From assembly GCA_044892525.1 (NCBI GenBank), contig CM097887.1:34534001-34598000 (forward strand): a stretch of 64,000 nt of DNA, written 5' to 3'. Below, in pieces: positions 21,340 to 33,677 of the stretch. The stretch is from Schmidtea polychroa (Eukaryota). The translations under genes were made by a program, and so were the position numbers. Every line of letters begins with the position of its first letter. Position 1 is the stretch's first letter. Below the pieces are notes generated by a model. That model saw only the letters and a program-made list of their open reading frames with translations, was not told the DNA's origin and ran no database searches.

Positions 21340-22393
21340 AAAATTTATTTTATTATCTGTATTACCAAGAATTTCGTCATTGATTTTGTAAATGCCTGGA
21401 TTATAAATCATGAAAATCATGAGCCAAAATTATTATTGTTGACTTCAAAGATGATTCACCCTGATGATATTCTTATATTCTATATTTTGAATAGTCTCAT
21501 GTTAGTTGCTGTACTTATCATAAATTGGTTTAAGTTTTATTTCCTCATTTATTGGCGATTTACTGGGTGATTTATTCCATACTCTGAACAGTTTTTGTGC
21601 CACTTCTGGATAAAACTGAATTGCCGCTTTCAGTTCTTTATGTTTTAAAAATAATATAAATTTACTAACACATCAATAGTTTTCTTAATGGTGGTCATTG
21701 AAGAATCTCTAATTTTATTATCTGAAGCATTAACAAAAATTTCGTCATTGATTTTGTAAAGGTCTGGATTATAATTAATTTCTTTTTGAATCATACAGTC
21801 ATCGTCCAAATTTTGCATACTAAATTTTTCTAAATCTGGGTAAAACGTGACGCTGGTGAAATCATTGTCCTCACAATCACTGATAATTCTCTCATATTTT
21901 TTACTAAACGTTTCTAGCGTAAATTCCTTGCTAAAGATGTTACATAATTTAGCACCATAGCCATTTCTGCCACCGGTAAATTTTTTTAGAAATAAGTTGA
22001 GGTTTCCACCTGTCCAAATAAAATCTTTGTTAAATAATCATCGAAACCTTTTTCCTTTACAGCAAGGATTCCTTTCCCATTATTCCAAATTCTAATCATA
22101 TTATTTGGTCCATTTATATCTATCTTAATGCAAGACATTTCAGGATCTCTTATTTTATTATCTGAGGCATTTACAAGGATCTCATCGTAGATCTTGTAAA
22201 TGCCTGGATAATATATAACTTTTTTTTCAATCATACATTTATTTTCAGAATCGAAAATCCATAAAAATTTTTCTTCTGGCGTTATTGAACCAATATAATA
22301 ATTTTGTATCAAAGCAATGTGTTTTAACTGAGTCTCTTTCTGAAAAACTTTTTCAATTGACTCATTTTTATCCAAAAACTCGTCTGTAGCCAT
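21340..22393 (-). pseudogene. TOP2: DNA topoisomerase II 5' fragment, deleted and internally duplicated
   Basis: MATDE..IEKVFQKETQLKHI, YPGIYKIYDEILVNASDNKIRD, WNNGKGI, TGGRNGYGAKLCNIFSKEF and VTFYPDLEKF motifs. The YKI.DEI block recurs at about 21720-21790 and 21350-21410. Confidence 0.9.
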
Positions 22394-22452
22394 TCTATTT
22401 ATTTTCTAAATATTTTAAAATATAAACTTAATAATAAATAATTACTTATTAT

Positions 22453-25400
22453 TAGAGGTCTACCGATACATGTTTTTTTCGGATATCGCCGATATGAATA
22501 TATCGGTAAAGTTTTTTTGCCGATATGAGTATATCGGTAAAATTTTTCCTGTTATAATGGCTAAAATTGTTTGGGAAAAGAAAAATTACATATCATGGAA
22601 AATATTGTATATTGTATTTTACGGAAGAATCTAAATATAAAACCTGAAACAAAAGTATAGACCTAACCGGATAAACTCAATTATATTCTAGCACGATAAA
22701 TATTTGATAAACAACCGGAACACACAAATAGAGCAGATATTTAATAAATTGACCATTTTACTTTTTTGTTTTATATTTAGCTCTCGTACAAACCAGAAGT
22801 TTAAAATGGGCTTGAATTGCATATATTTTTAAAACTAGAAATCTAATAATTATATATTACTGTTTTGAAAATATCGATATAACGCCTATTTTTGAAACAT
22901 TTCATATGCCAACTTGGTTTAAAATGAACAATGTCTATTGATAAACAGTTATATGAAAGTATTTACCTTTAATAGGCTTATAAAAGTTTACCATGTATAT
23001 AATGTAAACTATACCAACCGTAATTGATAGGCGAAAAATTTGTGTCTAGTATCACAAACACTGCCTTTTAAAACTATAATTTTCTCTTAAACTTTACATA
23101 TTTTCTTCATTTTTAAATTTAAACATGAAAAATACAACCCTTATTTCTTCCGTTTTTTGAAATCTCTTTCGGAACTAATAAAGTATTCTGATATTAAAAA
23201 AAGAATAATTATTCGCTACACTAAAAACAAAGAAAAGAAAACATTATAAATATTTTTTTGTGAAAGTCATTTAAACTGTAATACGTGTTGTTGAATATGA
23301 TACCTTACAATATTCACCCTATATTTTGTTTCCGGGTATTAGAAATTAACTATTTTATTGATATGCGCATTACAGCAGGGTGTATGTTTCAGCAACCGAC
23401 GAAGCATTGTAAGCATGGGCAGTATTAATGATGCAGATGTCGACTTAGCACTTACCTCTTTTGTTATTTCTTCAAATGGATATAAAACATCAATAATTCC
23501 TTCCACCAAGAGCCACTGCGTTGGTGTTAGTGTCTGTATGTTATGCTCAACAGCATAGACTCCTAATACCAATTTTTGCTCTTGAATTGATTGCAACATA
23601 TGCAACGAAGAATTCCATCGTGTTTTTATATCCTGTACAAGTTTTTTTCTGCCATTCTCATCTTTTTGTGTATTGCTTGTAATTTATGTTGAGCAACAAT
23701 CGACACAGAAAAAACGATTTTGCGTGAAATTAAAATAATATCGTTGACAGCATCTTGGGTAAGTATTACGTCAAATATTACTAGTTGTAAGGTATGAGCA
23801 AAACAAGACATTCCTTCAATTTGCGCAAGTCTCAAGCCTTTAACAATGTTTGGCCCGTTATCCCTCAAGCATACATGTGCTCGATCCAAGCCAATGTTGA
23901 AGTCAGATAGCATCATAGTAGGCTTTCGAGGATTGTACTGGAAATCAAATGAATAAATTTTGGTTAGTTTCATCACCCGTCGCTTGAGACCACAGCCATA
24001 GGGCAGAATGTTTATCAATGAAAATAATATATCATTCTCCAAAGTATGCCGAATCGATGCGACGACATTAAATACATAGACGACAATTCCTATTGAATGA
24101 CATGATTTTTCGGCATTTAAATTCAACTTTGTCATTCGCATTGGAACACGGATTTAGTTTAGTTTATATGGAGATTATTTCCTCATCTCAACATATTGTT
24201 TTTTGTAGCCGAGATCGTGATACGAACGCGAGATTTGTAAAAGAGATGAGAGTAGAAAAACGGTTACTCAATCTTGGGGCAAATCATGATGACTCGATAT
24301 TCATTGACTTTCAATTTCAATCATCATTATAATCCACACAATAGATAAACTATTGTTTCCGACAACATTTAGTGCTGAATGTTTCGTCCATGTATTATGG
24401 TTAAACTCTTTTGTTGGTTTTCGAAGTTCCTCGTTTACTGCTTGGTATATTGCAGTAAACCTGTCATTGAAGCTCCTTATGCGAACTCCATCAGCCGAGA
24501 AAACTTTAGTCCTTACTCCATTTTTCATTTTGCTGATCATACTTTTGATGGGGTTTAAAAATGTACTATATGGAGGCAACTTTTCGATTTGATTATTCAA
24601 TGAACATACGTTATTATGGATGGATGTATTATCGTTGATTAAAATGAATCCAGATCTAGATTTGTTGGTACATTGTTATAAATCCGATTGCCTACTCGTG
24701 ATCTACCGAATCTCTTGTTCGTGCATGTATTAAATGAGTATTCATCTAAACAATTAGATTTACTGCTCACTCAATATCATTCAAGCAGACGTGTAACACA
24801 TGTCTGCCGAATATCTATTATTCTATTTGGATTCCTTTCTTTCACACAAGGCCTGATCCTTTTAGAAGCTATTAAATGATTATTTATGTATCTGGAAATT
24901 GTCTTTGTTGAACTTTGATTTGTTGCTAAAAAATATTTCAATTGGTTTAATGTGGAAAAATAATTTCTTTCGATATAGTCGAGTAATTTCTGTCCAATAA
25001 TTGTTGTAATAATTGTTTGCCTTTTCTTGTTTTTGGGGATAAATTTCCAATCTTTCTATATTTTATTATGATACTTGTTACAGTGTTCCCTTTAATAACG
25101 AGAATATGGCTTAGTTCGTAATAATCATGGCCATCTTCCATTGCATTAATAATCATTTTTTATCAGCAATGGTTACTCTAGATAGATATTTTATAAAATA
25201 ACTAAAGTTTATTGAAAAACTCACACATTTCTGTGAATTTCTTGAAATAAAATAATCGATTCAGAAGAAGCATCTGAAATATTCTCATACGTGTTTATAT
25301 TTAATTGTTTTAAATTGAAAAATTTAGCTTAATGGTCTCGATTAAATGGTCCATAAGCTTATTCAATGTCCAATTGTGTGTATTTTTGTAGACTTTTTGT

Positions 25401-25870
25401 GAGCCATTCTTGTGTGTGTTTATTTATTTTCTTCCAACAGCGATTTTTTCTATCTTTCAATGATGTAAGAAACTATTTAATGTCATCAGATTCGAGGTTT
25501 CGTCCTCAATTTGTCTGGCAAAATGTGTACAAAGATACTTTTCTGTGATGATTTTTTTGTTTTCATCGATGATAAAATCTGAATCTTCTGGCATTATTTC
25601 GATGTTTTTTTCGGGTCCAAATTCCTCTTCTGTCGTTGGTGTTATCATTGCTTGTTGTTGTGTTTGGTTGATATTATCGTCTAGCATCACGATCTCCATT
25701 TCTGTTATATTGTTTGTACTTGGGATCATGCTGGTATTGATATCTGATTCTTCATCAAATGAGAAGTATTCTTCTTGATCTAGGCCACAATTGTCTATTG
25801 GTCCATGATCTTTCTCGAGTTACTTTTCATTTCTGACATTGCTCTAGTTGGTGCTTTTTCTTCACTTATA
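22453..25870 (-). mobile_element. Decayed hAT (ZBED-like) transposon
   Basis: TAGAGGTCTACCGATA terminus with CCGATA subrepeats; CFAHTLQLVI and LYPFEEITKEVSA fragments; a BED-finger-like YLCTH...TSNL near 25480-25540. Confidence 0.7.
24160..25190 (-). mobile_element. Decayed Tc1/IS630-type transposase nested in the hAT relic
   Basis: HTH-like N-terminus (TVTSIIIKYRKIG), INDNTSIH and KLPPYSTFLNPI..MISKMK motifs. Confidence 0.7.
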
Positions 25871-25949
25871 AATAGTTATTCTATCTTTTGAATAGTCTCA
25901 TGTAAGTTGCTGTACTTATCATAAATTGTTTTAAGTATTATTTGCTTTC

Positions 25950-26132
25950 GAAAATCATGAGCCAAATTAATTACTGTTGAATTCAAAGATGATTCACCGT
26001 GATGATATGCTAATTTTCTATCTTTTGAATAGTCTCATGTTAGTTGCTGTACTTATCATAAATTGGTTTAAGTTTTATTTCCTCATTTATTGGCGATTTA
26101 CTGGGTGATTTATCCCATACTCTGAACAGTTT
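25950..26132. repeat. Direct copy of 21412-21594
   Basis: About 180 bp near-identical, with a further partial copy at about 25870-25935. Confidence 0.85.
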
Positions 26133-27207
26133 ATGGAATTCATTTTCGTCATTGACACTTGGCTCTACTAATGGATGTGGTGTCTCTATCGTTTTTTCTA
26201 CCATAGTCACTATAATGTTATGGTCTAATGAGTTTACCCAATGGTCAATTAAAGTTTACTGTTTATCAATTATCTTCCATTAAATTGACAATTTTCCTAA
26301 TTCATTTCCCTCAATCTTTTTTTTGCCATTTTGCCTTTATCATTTGCTTTAATTTATTTAGGTTAGTGCAGGCATGTATCTTCTACTTGGACACAATTGT
26401 ATTAAAAAATGATTATCATTTGATTCAACTGTTACTATTAATGCTTCGTGTAATCTTTCGTTTTTCCTCACTTATTCTCCATAATATTTTAACATCTCTT
26501 TTATCTCTATTTCTAATTCAAACACTTTAGGCACATTTTGTCTTTTACTAATACCGGTATCAAATTCCTTGGTCTCTTTATGTCAATTCCACTGACCTGT
26601 AATAATTATTACTCTCAAAGTTTCATTATCGTCATACCGTTACTTATTTAACGCTTTTTTAATTCATCTTTTAAGTTTTTACTAACTGGAAATAGCTTTG
26701 AGGTCATGTAGTGGTCTCTTCCGTATGTCAGAAAATTGGGAATCCTCGCTCGTTAATAATAATTTCTAGCATTTTACATCAGTAGTCAGCGAAATCTAAA
26801 CACATTAACTATAAAACAACATCATACATACATGCTAGTGACCATACCAATACTCATTGAAGTCTCAAGCATTTCAGTTAACTCATTCACGCCACTACAG
26901 GCCTATGGAAAAAACAACGGAATCCTTCACACCATTCTATCTGTTCATAGCAATCTTAAATTTATCTTCGGGGTCGACAGTTTACCTTTAAATTCATCAA
27001 CGTTTACTTGTATTATTATTTCCCTCTTTATGTCACTATATGACGCTCTATATTTGGTCTAATTTTCAGGGTTTTCCAGTTAGTTAATTAATTAAAACGC
27101 GATAAATGTTTCTTGGCATTACACTAAATCGAGTTATTTAACATGAAATGTTCAAGTTATTAAATTTTAAGTCATTTATTTAATTTATCAATTTCCTTAA
27201 TTTAAAT

Positions 27208-28574
27208 TGTTGCCGTAGCTCTCGTCATAGCGACGCGGCAAATTTAGCAACGAGGTGTTGACATCTCTTTAGAACGGTGTTATGTAGGTCACAAAAATAT
27301 TATTCTCACGTCGTATACTTTTTTCAAGATTTGTTTGTGCAAAGCCAACTGCACTTCTAAGAGTTCAGCCCTTTTTCGGATAGTTGTAGACGATTTATTT
27401 AATGCACGCTGCCTCGACATCTCGTTGGCATGCTTAGGTACGGAAGATATCAACTTGCTCATCTATCCCTGTGTGTAATATATGCCTGTCGGGGTGTGAA
27501 TGGATTTCCCCCAACTTATATCATCGTTACATAACTCTCTGTGTGTTCATTCATCGTGAATTCTAGCGTATCCGCATGTATGTGTTCTCGTGATTACCTA
27601 ACCCGGGTAGTAGTGTTCATTATCAGACGACATCGGAGGAAACGAGTAATCATCTCACTCATAATAAGAAATATTTTTAGGTTATCAAAATTCAGTCTCG
27701 ACGATAATTTTCCGATTTTATTAGAAATCACCAATTCTAATCAGCTTATTTTCTGTGATCTGTCATTCACTACCCGGACTATAATTATCATCATCTACTG
27801 CCGTCTCATCGTCTTAGTGTAGCTAGCAGCTGATCAACCAGACATCCTACAGATTATTTCCCGAGACGTCCAAGCAGGATTATCACTCCAGACTAGGGTA
27901 AGAAATTTGATTTATTATCGCGCGATGTTTACCTTACTGTCAGGCAAAATACTTATCACCGATAACGGTGATTCAAGAGCGACAATCAGTACTAAAAGTG
28001 CATCGACGATGGATCTAACTGCTAACGACTCTACCTATGGAAAATACTGGCCGAAGAAATTTGGTCTCTTAATTCCGTCATTCGCCACGAAAATAGAAGG
28101 CTTTTTTGGAAATAATCTGGTTCTTTGGCATCGCTATCTATCGAACGTCTAACTCAACCGTAGCACTCTCCTAGTAGAGATATTCATCCAAGACTCGTGC
28201 CTGACGACCTCAAGGCTTAACTGAAGTATGGGGAAACCTTCGTCAATCTCCCTTCTATGGATATTTATTCTAATTGCCCATCAATAGCAAGATACAGTGA
28301 TCTAAATGTCCTCGTAGGAAATTCTCAATGTCGAAAAGGAGTTTCGCAATCCCACTCGATGGAAGGATCAAAAAATACTCTGCCTCTCCGGGTTTCTTCA
28401 CCCCTCGCGACACACCGAAGGATGTTACACATTTCTGCCCACTACTCTTGGACCGTCGCGGAGGACCAATCGACCCACATCATTATAAAACAATTCTCAA
28501 TCAGTATGGAAAATACTCGAATTTATCAGACAATTATAAAATATTAAATGTAATGTTATAAATAAAGGTTTACC
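27208..28574 (+). mobile_element. 5' LTR, element C (about 1.4 kb)
   Basis: Starts TGTTGCCGTA at an abrupt GC shift. CCAAT near 28466, TATAAAA near 28484 and AATAAA at 28561, then the PBS. The 3' end reads TTTACC rather than CA. Confidence 0.6.
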
Positions 28575-28588
28575 TGGCGACCACGCCA
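28575..28588 (+). promoter_or_regulatory. Primer-binding site TGGCGACCACGCCA
   Basis: Identical to the PBS in front of gag at 474-487. Confidence 0.8.
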
Positions 28589-28904
28589 TCTGAGTCTCGG
28601 ATATGATGTCTCATGACGATAATCATTGTGTCTCAATTGTTCGAATCATACAATTACTCCATCCTATGCAAATACCCGATCCGAGTTTCTCATTCGTTCT
28701 CATACATTCTCTCCGCAATCCATCCAAGTTCGCCGCATCACATCCGATTCCCAGACGACATCGTCGTCAATACAATAGAGGAAGAGTAACACCTTTGAAT
28801 TACCAATTTTTATTGAAAATAAATTATTTTTATCGTTCATTATTGTATATCCAAATCATAAAAATTCATTATATCAAAATCATACAAATTCATCATTCAT
28901 ATAG

Positions 28905-29211
28905 CTTACCACAAACCTCTCTGAGAGTGTTGAAAAATAATATCAAAGGTGTCTCGAATGGTTTTCTAAGTCTAGTAATCTGGTTCCCTAAATTTCGATC
29001 TCTGTCCGTTTAATCTGAATGAATTTAATTCGATATCTAGTAGATGGTCCCTGTCGAATGAGCTGTAGTGTCTGTTAAGAAATGGTTCCTAAATCCTGTA
29101 GAGTTTTTTGGTTAAATGGTTAATAAAATTTATAACTTTTACCTGTAGAGTTTTTTGGTTAAATGGTACTCTACAGCTATTTCGCCTCTTATATATTATT
29201 TTTCGTCCAAT
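28905..29211 (-). promoter_or_regulatory. Antisense CCAAT/TATA promoter and GTAAG donor of element C
   Basis: CTGATTGG...TATATAAG and TTAACCAAAAAACTCTACAG (twice) match B 14173-14260. GTAAG at 28909-28905. Confidence 0.5.
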
Positions 29212-29544
29212 CAGGACACGACTTGTTTGTAATTTTATTATTTATATGTTTTTCATTATAATGTAATGGGTTTTAACGACCTTACTTGTTTTTTTATTAT
29301 TATTTTCTCAATTCTTATTGTTTTTCTCTTATTTTTCTGCGAATTTATTGCCATTTTATTGCACTATGATTTTTTGTTTTAATTAGTCCATGCAATTATT
29401 TAGGAATGGTTTTATTTTTATTTTATTACTTTAATTTCTCGTATATTTTCCTTAAATTTTGTTATTTTATTTCCCTTTTATTGTTAGCGGGTTAGATAAT
29501 TTTCTTTTTGTCCTATTTATTGTCTTAAAAGTTTTATTATTTTA

Positions 29545-30030
29545 TTAGTTATTCCTATTTCTTTTATTGTTATTCGATTTTTGCAGATGTCGTTCACTTT
29601 TGGGAGGGTGATTATCACGATTAGGGTGGTTTCGGTGATTACCACAGAGGAGTTCATGAGTGTCATTTGTTTCACTTGAATTTTTTGTTTTTTCGACTGG
29701 GTTTTGTATCTCCTGATGTTGGACTTGTTGCTCCAACTGATCGAATTGTTGGATTTGGCTCAGGATTCGTTTATTGATGACTTTGCACATGGGGTTGTTA
29801 CTACACATTAGTCTGATGTTGTTGACGTAATTTCGGTTTGCTCGAATATTGTCGATAAGGTTGGTTTTCACTATACTTGGGTAGATGCATGATGGGGTTA
29901 TTTGTTCGACCTTTTGGTTAGGTTTTCTGTTGTCTCGAATCTGTTCTATTTGGGGTTTTACTGGTTGCTGCCTTGTCAGTTCAAGAATTATCTTCATCAT
30001 CATCATCATTACGACCGTTTTGTTTCTCAT
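29545..30030 (-). CDS. Accessory ORF of element C, unknown function (N/Q-rich)
   Basis: Open frame with ATG at 30030 after TGTATAACAG. It is absent at the equivalent position of B. Confidence 0.55.
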   Translation of the reverse strand: MRNKTVVMMMMMKIILELTRQQPVKPQIEQIRDNRKPNQKVEQITPSCIYPSIVKTNLIDNIRANRNYVNNIRLMCSNNPMCKVINKRILSQIQQFDQLEQQVQHQEIQNPVEKTKNSSETNDTHELLCGNHRNHPNRDNHPPKSERHLQKSNNNKRNRNN

Positions 30031-30165
30031 AATACTGTTATACATTAATTATTTTTATACACATTTATACACATCGCATTTTGTTCGCTTTTAATTTTTT
30101 CGTTTCTTTTTAGGGTCTTTCTCTCGGATCCGCATTAATTTGGATTCTGCTTTTATGACCCTATG

Positions 30166-30537
30166 TCAGAGTTCGGGTAATATTTTCAGCTGTCTATTTT
30201 TCTCCTAGACCTCTTTTAGGTGCCTTATCTCTCTTTTTAAAGTTTTGATCTCTTTCCTTTTCTTTTCAAGGTTCCGTCTTAGTTCTAATTGTAGGAAATC
30301 GTTTTCTTCTGGGTCATTTTTCCTTTGGCTTTGTTTTCGATGTTTTGCTTCCATTTCTTGATATTTATTGTTCCATCTTTCCATCTCTGTGCTCTCTTTT
30401 AATTTTATTTTCAGCTGGTTTTCTAACTCCTTTATGGTTTCCTGTCGCTTTCCTGCTTCTGTCTTCCAATAATCTTCGATTACCTCATTTGCTTTGAAAC
30501 TGGCTCCCTCCATAATTCTTCCGTGATCTTTTCCCAA
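30166..30537 (-). pseudogene. Coiled-coil accessory ORF, homologue of 13394-13798, with a premature TAG
   Basis: The frame continues after the stop as EKNRQLKILPEL versus EKDRQLEMLPEL in B. Confidence 0.75.
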
Positions 30538-31656
30538 TATCTACCTATTTTCGGTGTGTGAATACGTGTTTGCATTGATGCATTAAAGCAAACTCGAATT
30601 CTTTTTAATTCTAGAACATTCTATTTTTGATTTTTGATGATTTTAATGGCAATTTTGGTTTTTATTTTAAAATTTTATTTTTTTAATTATTTTTTGTTAA
30701 ATTTGCCTGCATGATGGATTTCGCCATTGTTATGAATTGTTCTGGGTTTTTGTCTAGAATTTTCTTTTATTTTAGATTTTTCACAGTTCTTTTACTCCGT
30801 TCGAGTTTGTTTTTGTACTGTTGTGTTTAAGTCGATTTTCATGTGATACTTCTTGCATTTGTTTTAATTCTTAATTTAGATGTTTTTATTTTATTTGTTT
30901 ATTTGGTGTTATATATTTTCTATTTACGTAAGCTTACTGCTAGGTGTGCATGTTATGTACCACAACATTTCATCACTTTTGCAAGATTTTTGGGTCTAGA
31001 ATTCAGTTCTAGCCCAACACTAAATTTATCGAAAATAGTGTAACTGACAAGATATCAATTGCCATTGCATTCAGACGCCTCGACAGCTTCGATACAAAAG
31101 TTTGATCGAGACTCGGAAACACATCTTTAAGTGATCTCTGCTTCCTTAAAGCATATTTTAGACAAACACAAGAATAACTTTATATTTTTTTATTATTAAA
31201 TGATATGCCATATTAGAATGTTTCTGTACTATTTGAATTTTTGTACAATAATTTTATGTTTATATAACATTTTAAATAATATATTTTTAACTATTATTAT
31301 ATTGTTGTGTAATAATTGAATTTGTGTACAATACATTTATGTTTATATTTCATTTTGAATGATATAATTTTATGTTCCATTTTTATTTTAAAAAAAGTAA
31401 TATTATGCAATAAATAACAATAAATTATCACAAATAAGTTATTTTTATTATTTGTAGACATTAAAGAATTAACAATATTTCGTAATTCGATCGAATTACG
31501 AAATATTTAACTTGCGAATTCCGATTTTTTTATTTTCCTCGAAATTTGCAATCCCTACTCAGGGCAAACTGATAATTGTTGGTCTATTCCCAGAATAATA
31601 ATTTCTCTTCCTTTTATTGTTTATATTAGTAACGGTGGTGAATTATGAGGTTAATT

Positions 31657-31815
31657 CGCGTCTGTGTGCGCGTTGTATTCGAAGGTGTTTGTGTTTGTAT
31701 GCGCACTCAGACGCGATCAGTGTCATTTTTTGTGATGGAATTATCGGTTGAGTGTTCTCGCGTCTGTGTGCGCTTTTTACTTTTTTGAATTGATTTGTGT
31801 GCGCACACAGACGCG
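31657..31815. repeat. Twin 15-bp inverted repeats (two hairpins)
   Basis: CGCGTCTGTGTGCGC at 31657 and 31759; complements at 31701 (1 mismatch) and 31801 (perfect). Confidence 0.9.
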
Positions 31816-33677
31816 GACAATTGTCGAATTATTAGGTCATTTTTTTCGATTTTCTGGAATGTGGTAGAGTTTTTGATTTGTTTAAAAGATTTAGAATTTT
31901 CGAGGTTTGGGAAAAAATAAATTTCCTTGTAAGTGTACGAGTTGCCCTGTCAGCATAGATACCCTGTTCAGTGTCTCAAAACGTGGATGATTAAACAAAC
32001 GGTTTAGTAAATAATCAAAATTGAATTGAGACAAAACCACATAACATATAAAATGCACTATTTAAAAATGATAAATAACAACCGCAAGCCATTACACACG
32101 TAGCATATTTTAACGCATAAAAACACAAAATGAATCGCCAAAGAGACACAAAAAGGGAAAAAAATATCATCTTATTCGCGGAATAAGAGATATAGAAAAG
32201 CGATTGATCAAGTAATCAGAAAAGAGAAAAATTAAAATAGAAATAAAGAATTAAAACAAAAAATAAAAACGACCAATCAAATTGATCGGAATTTAAAATC
32301 AAAAAATAAGTATAAAAAATTATCAAAAAGCATATGATCGATTCTGATTGACTGAATCAGTTAACAAAACACTATATAAGGCGATGCCTCAGCAGAACAT
32401 TCACCACTTTCCAATTCCAAAGATCATTTTAACAGTTTGAATCATTTTTTGGAATTTTCGATATTTGTATTAAACTGTCAAACGATCAATCAATGAATTT
32501 TACTTCAAGTATTTAACGCACTGTAATTATGTTTTCTTATTGTATCCATTGTTTTTATACAATAATTATTTATAAAATTTGTCATTCTTAGTCATGAAAA
32601 TCTATTCGTTGTCCAATTTTGATTGTTATTTTATTTAGATGTTTTATTGATGATGCAGGTCCCCTAATCTTTGATATTATTTTTATACTTCATACTGTCG
32701 AGTGGAAGGTATACAGGAATGTTCACTGCTTATGTACGGTTAAGTGTCATCAGAAGAAGACTGTCACCGAGTCTCCCTTAAAGTCATCTCTGAATCTTAA
32801 TGTGATTTTAAAAACCAGCGCACATAAGACAGTAGTAGTGTCAAAAACAGCATCTCTTCAAATAACTAAAATCACCTCCAGATAAGCTATATCGATTTTG
32901 GCTATTAAAGATCTAGAAAATGTTAATTATGAATTTTATTATTATTTAGGCCCGTATAATGGACAATGGTCTTGTCAAATAAAATTTAACATTGTGAGCT
33001 GAAATTCGTAAAAATTCCCCAGTAAATTAATTGCGATAGTCAAGTGATTTGATAACTATTTTAGTTGGGAATCAGTATGATTTCCATTTACATGAAACGA
33101 TTAACAACGCCGTAACCTCTGGTACAAATGTAGAAATTTCAGAGTCATAAAAAGGGTTTTCTTTCCTTAACCCGTAGTTTAAATTTCGGCACTTCTTACT
33201 TCATCAAGCAAAGAAAAGGAGCAATAAAAAGATTGATGTGGGAAACCCCGAAAACGGGTAAATTCAGAGTAAATCATTATATAAAAAATAAAATAATTCT
33301 GGCTCATAAATTTCGATTCAAAATTTTGTTCGAATGGTAATCGAAAATGGATCGATGTAACTTGAACTATTTCGCTTTTTCAAAATACTATGATTCCTAT
33401 TGGTCTTGTTCTTATCATAATTATCATCATTATTTCCATTATTAATATTAGTTGCATTTATTAATATTGTTTTTATTTTTGAACATTAATTAGATGTTAA
33501 TTTTAAAATAGAAAATAAAATGTAGATGAAGGCCAAGAATTAACTAGCAAAGTAAACATTTAGTACAAAACTAGGATAATTAAGCCATTTCTGCGCCGAG
33601 TTATTGACCTTACACTGGTTTTAATATAATAAAATAAGAAAATATGAAGTCATGTTATATAAAATATATTAAAAATA

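Noticed and set aside
27300-27894. Decayed antisense ORF in LTR C (DDETAVDDDNYSPGSE...RAELLEVQLALHKQ) behind an acceptor at 27893
   Set aside because: It fits the family layout, but stop density (roughly 13 in 190 codons) is no lower than random expectation, so it is not supportable without intact copies.
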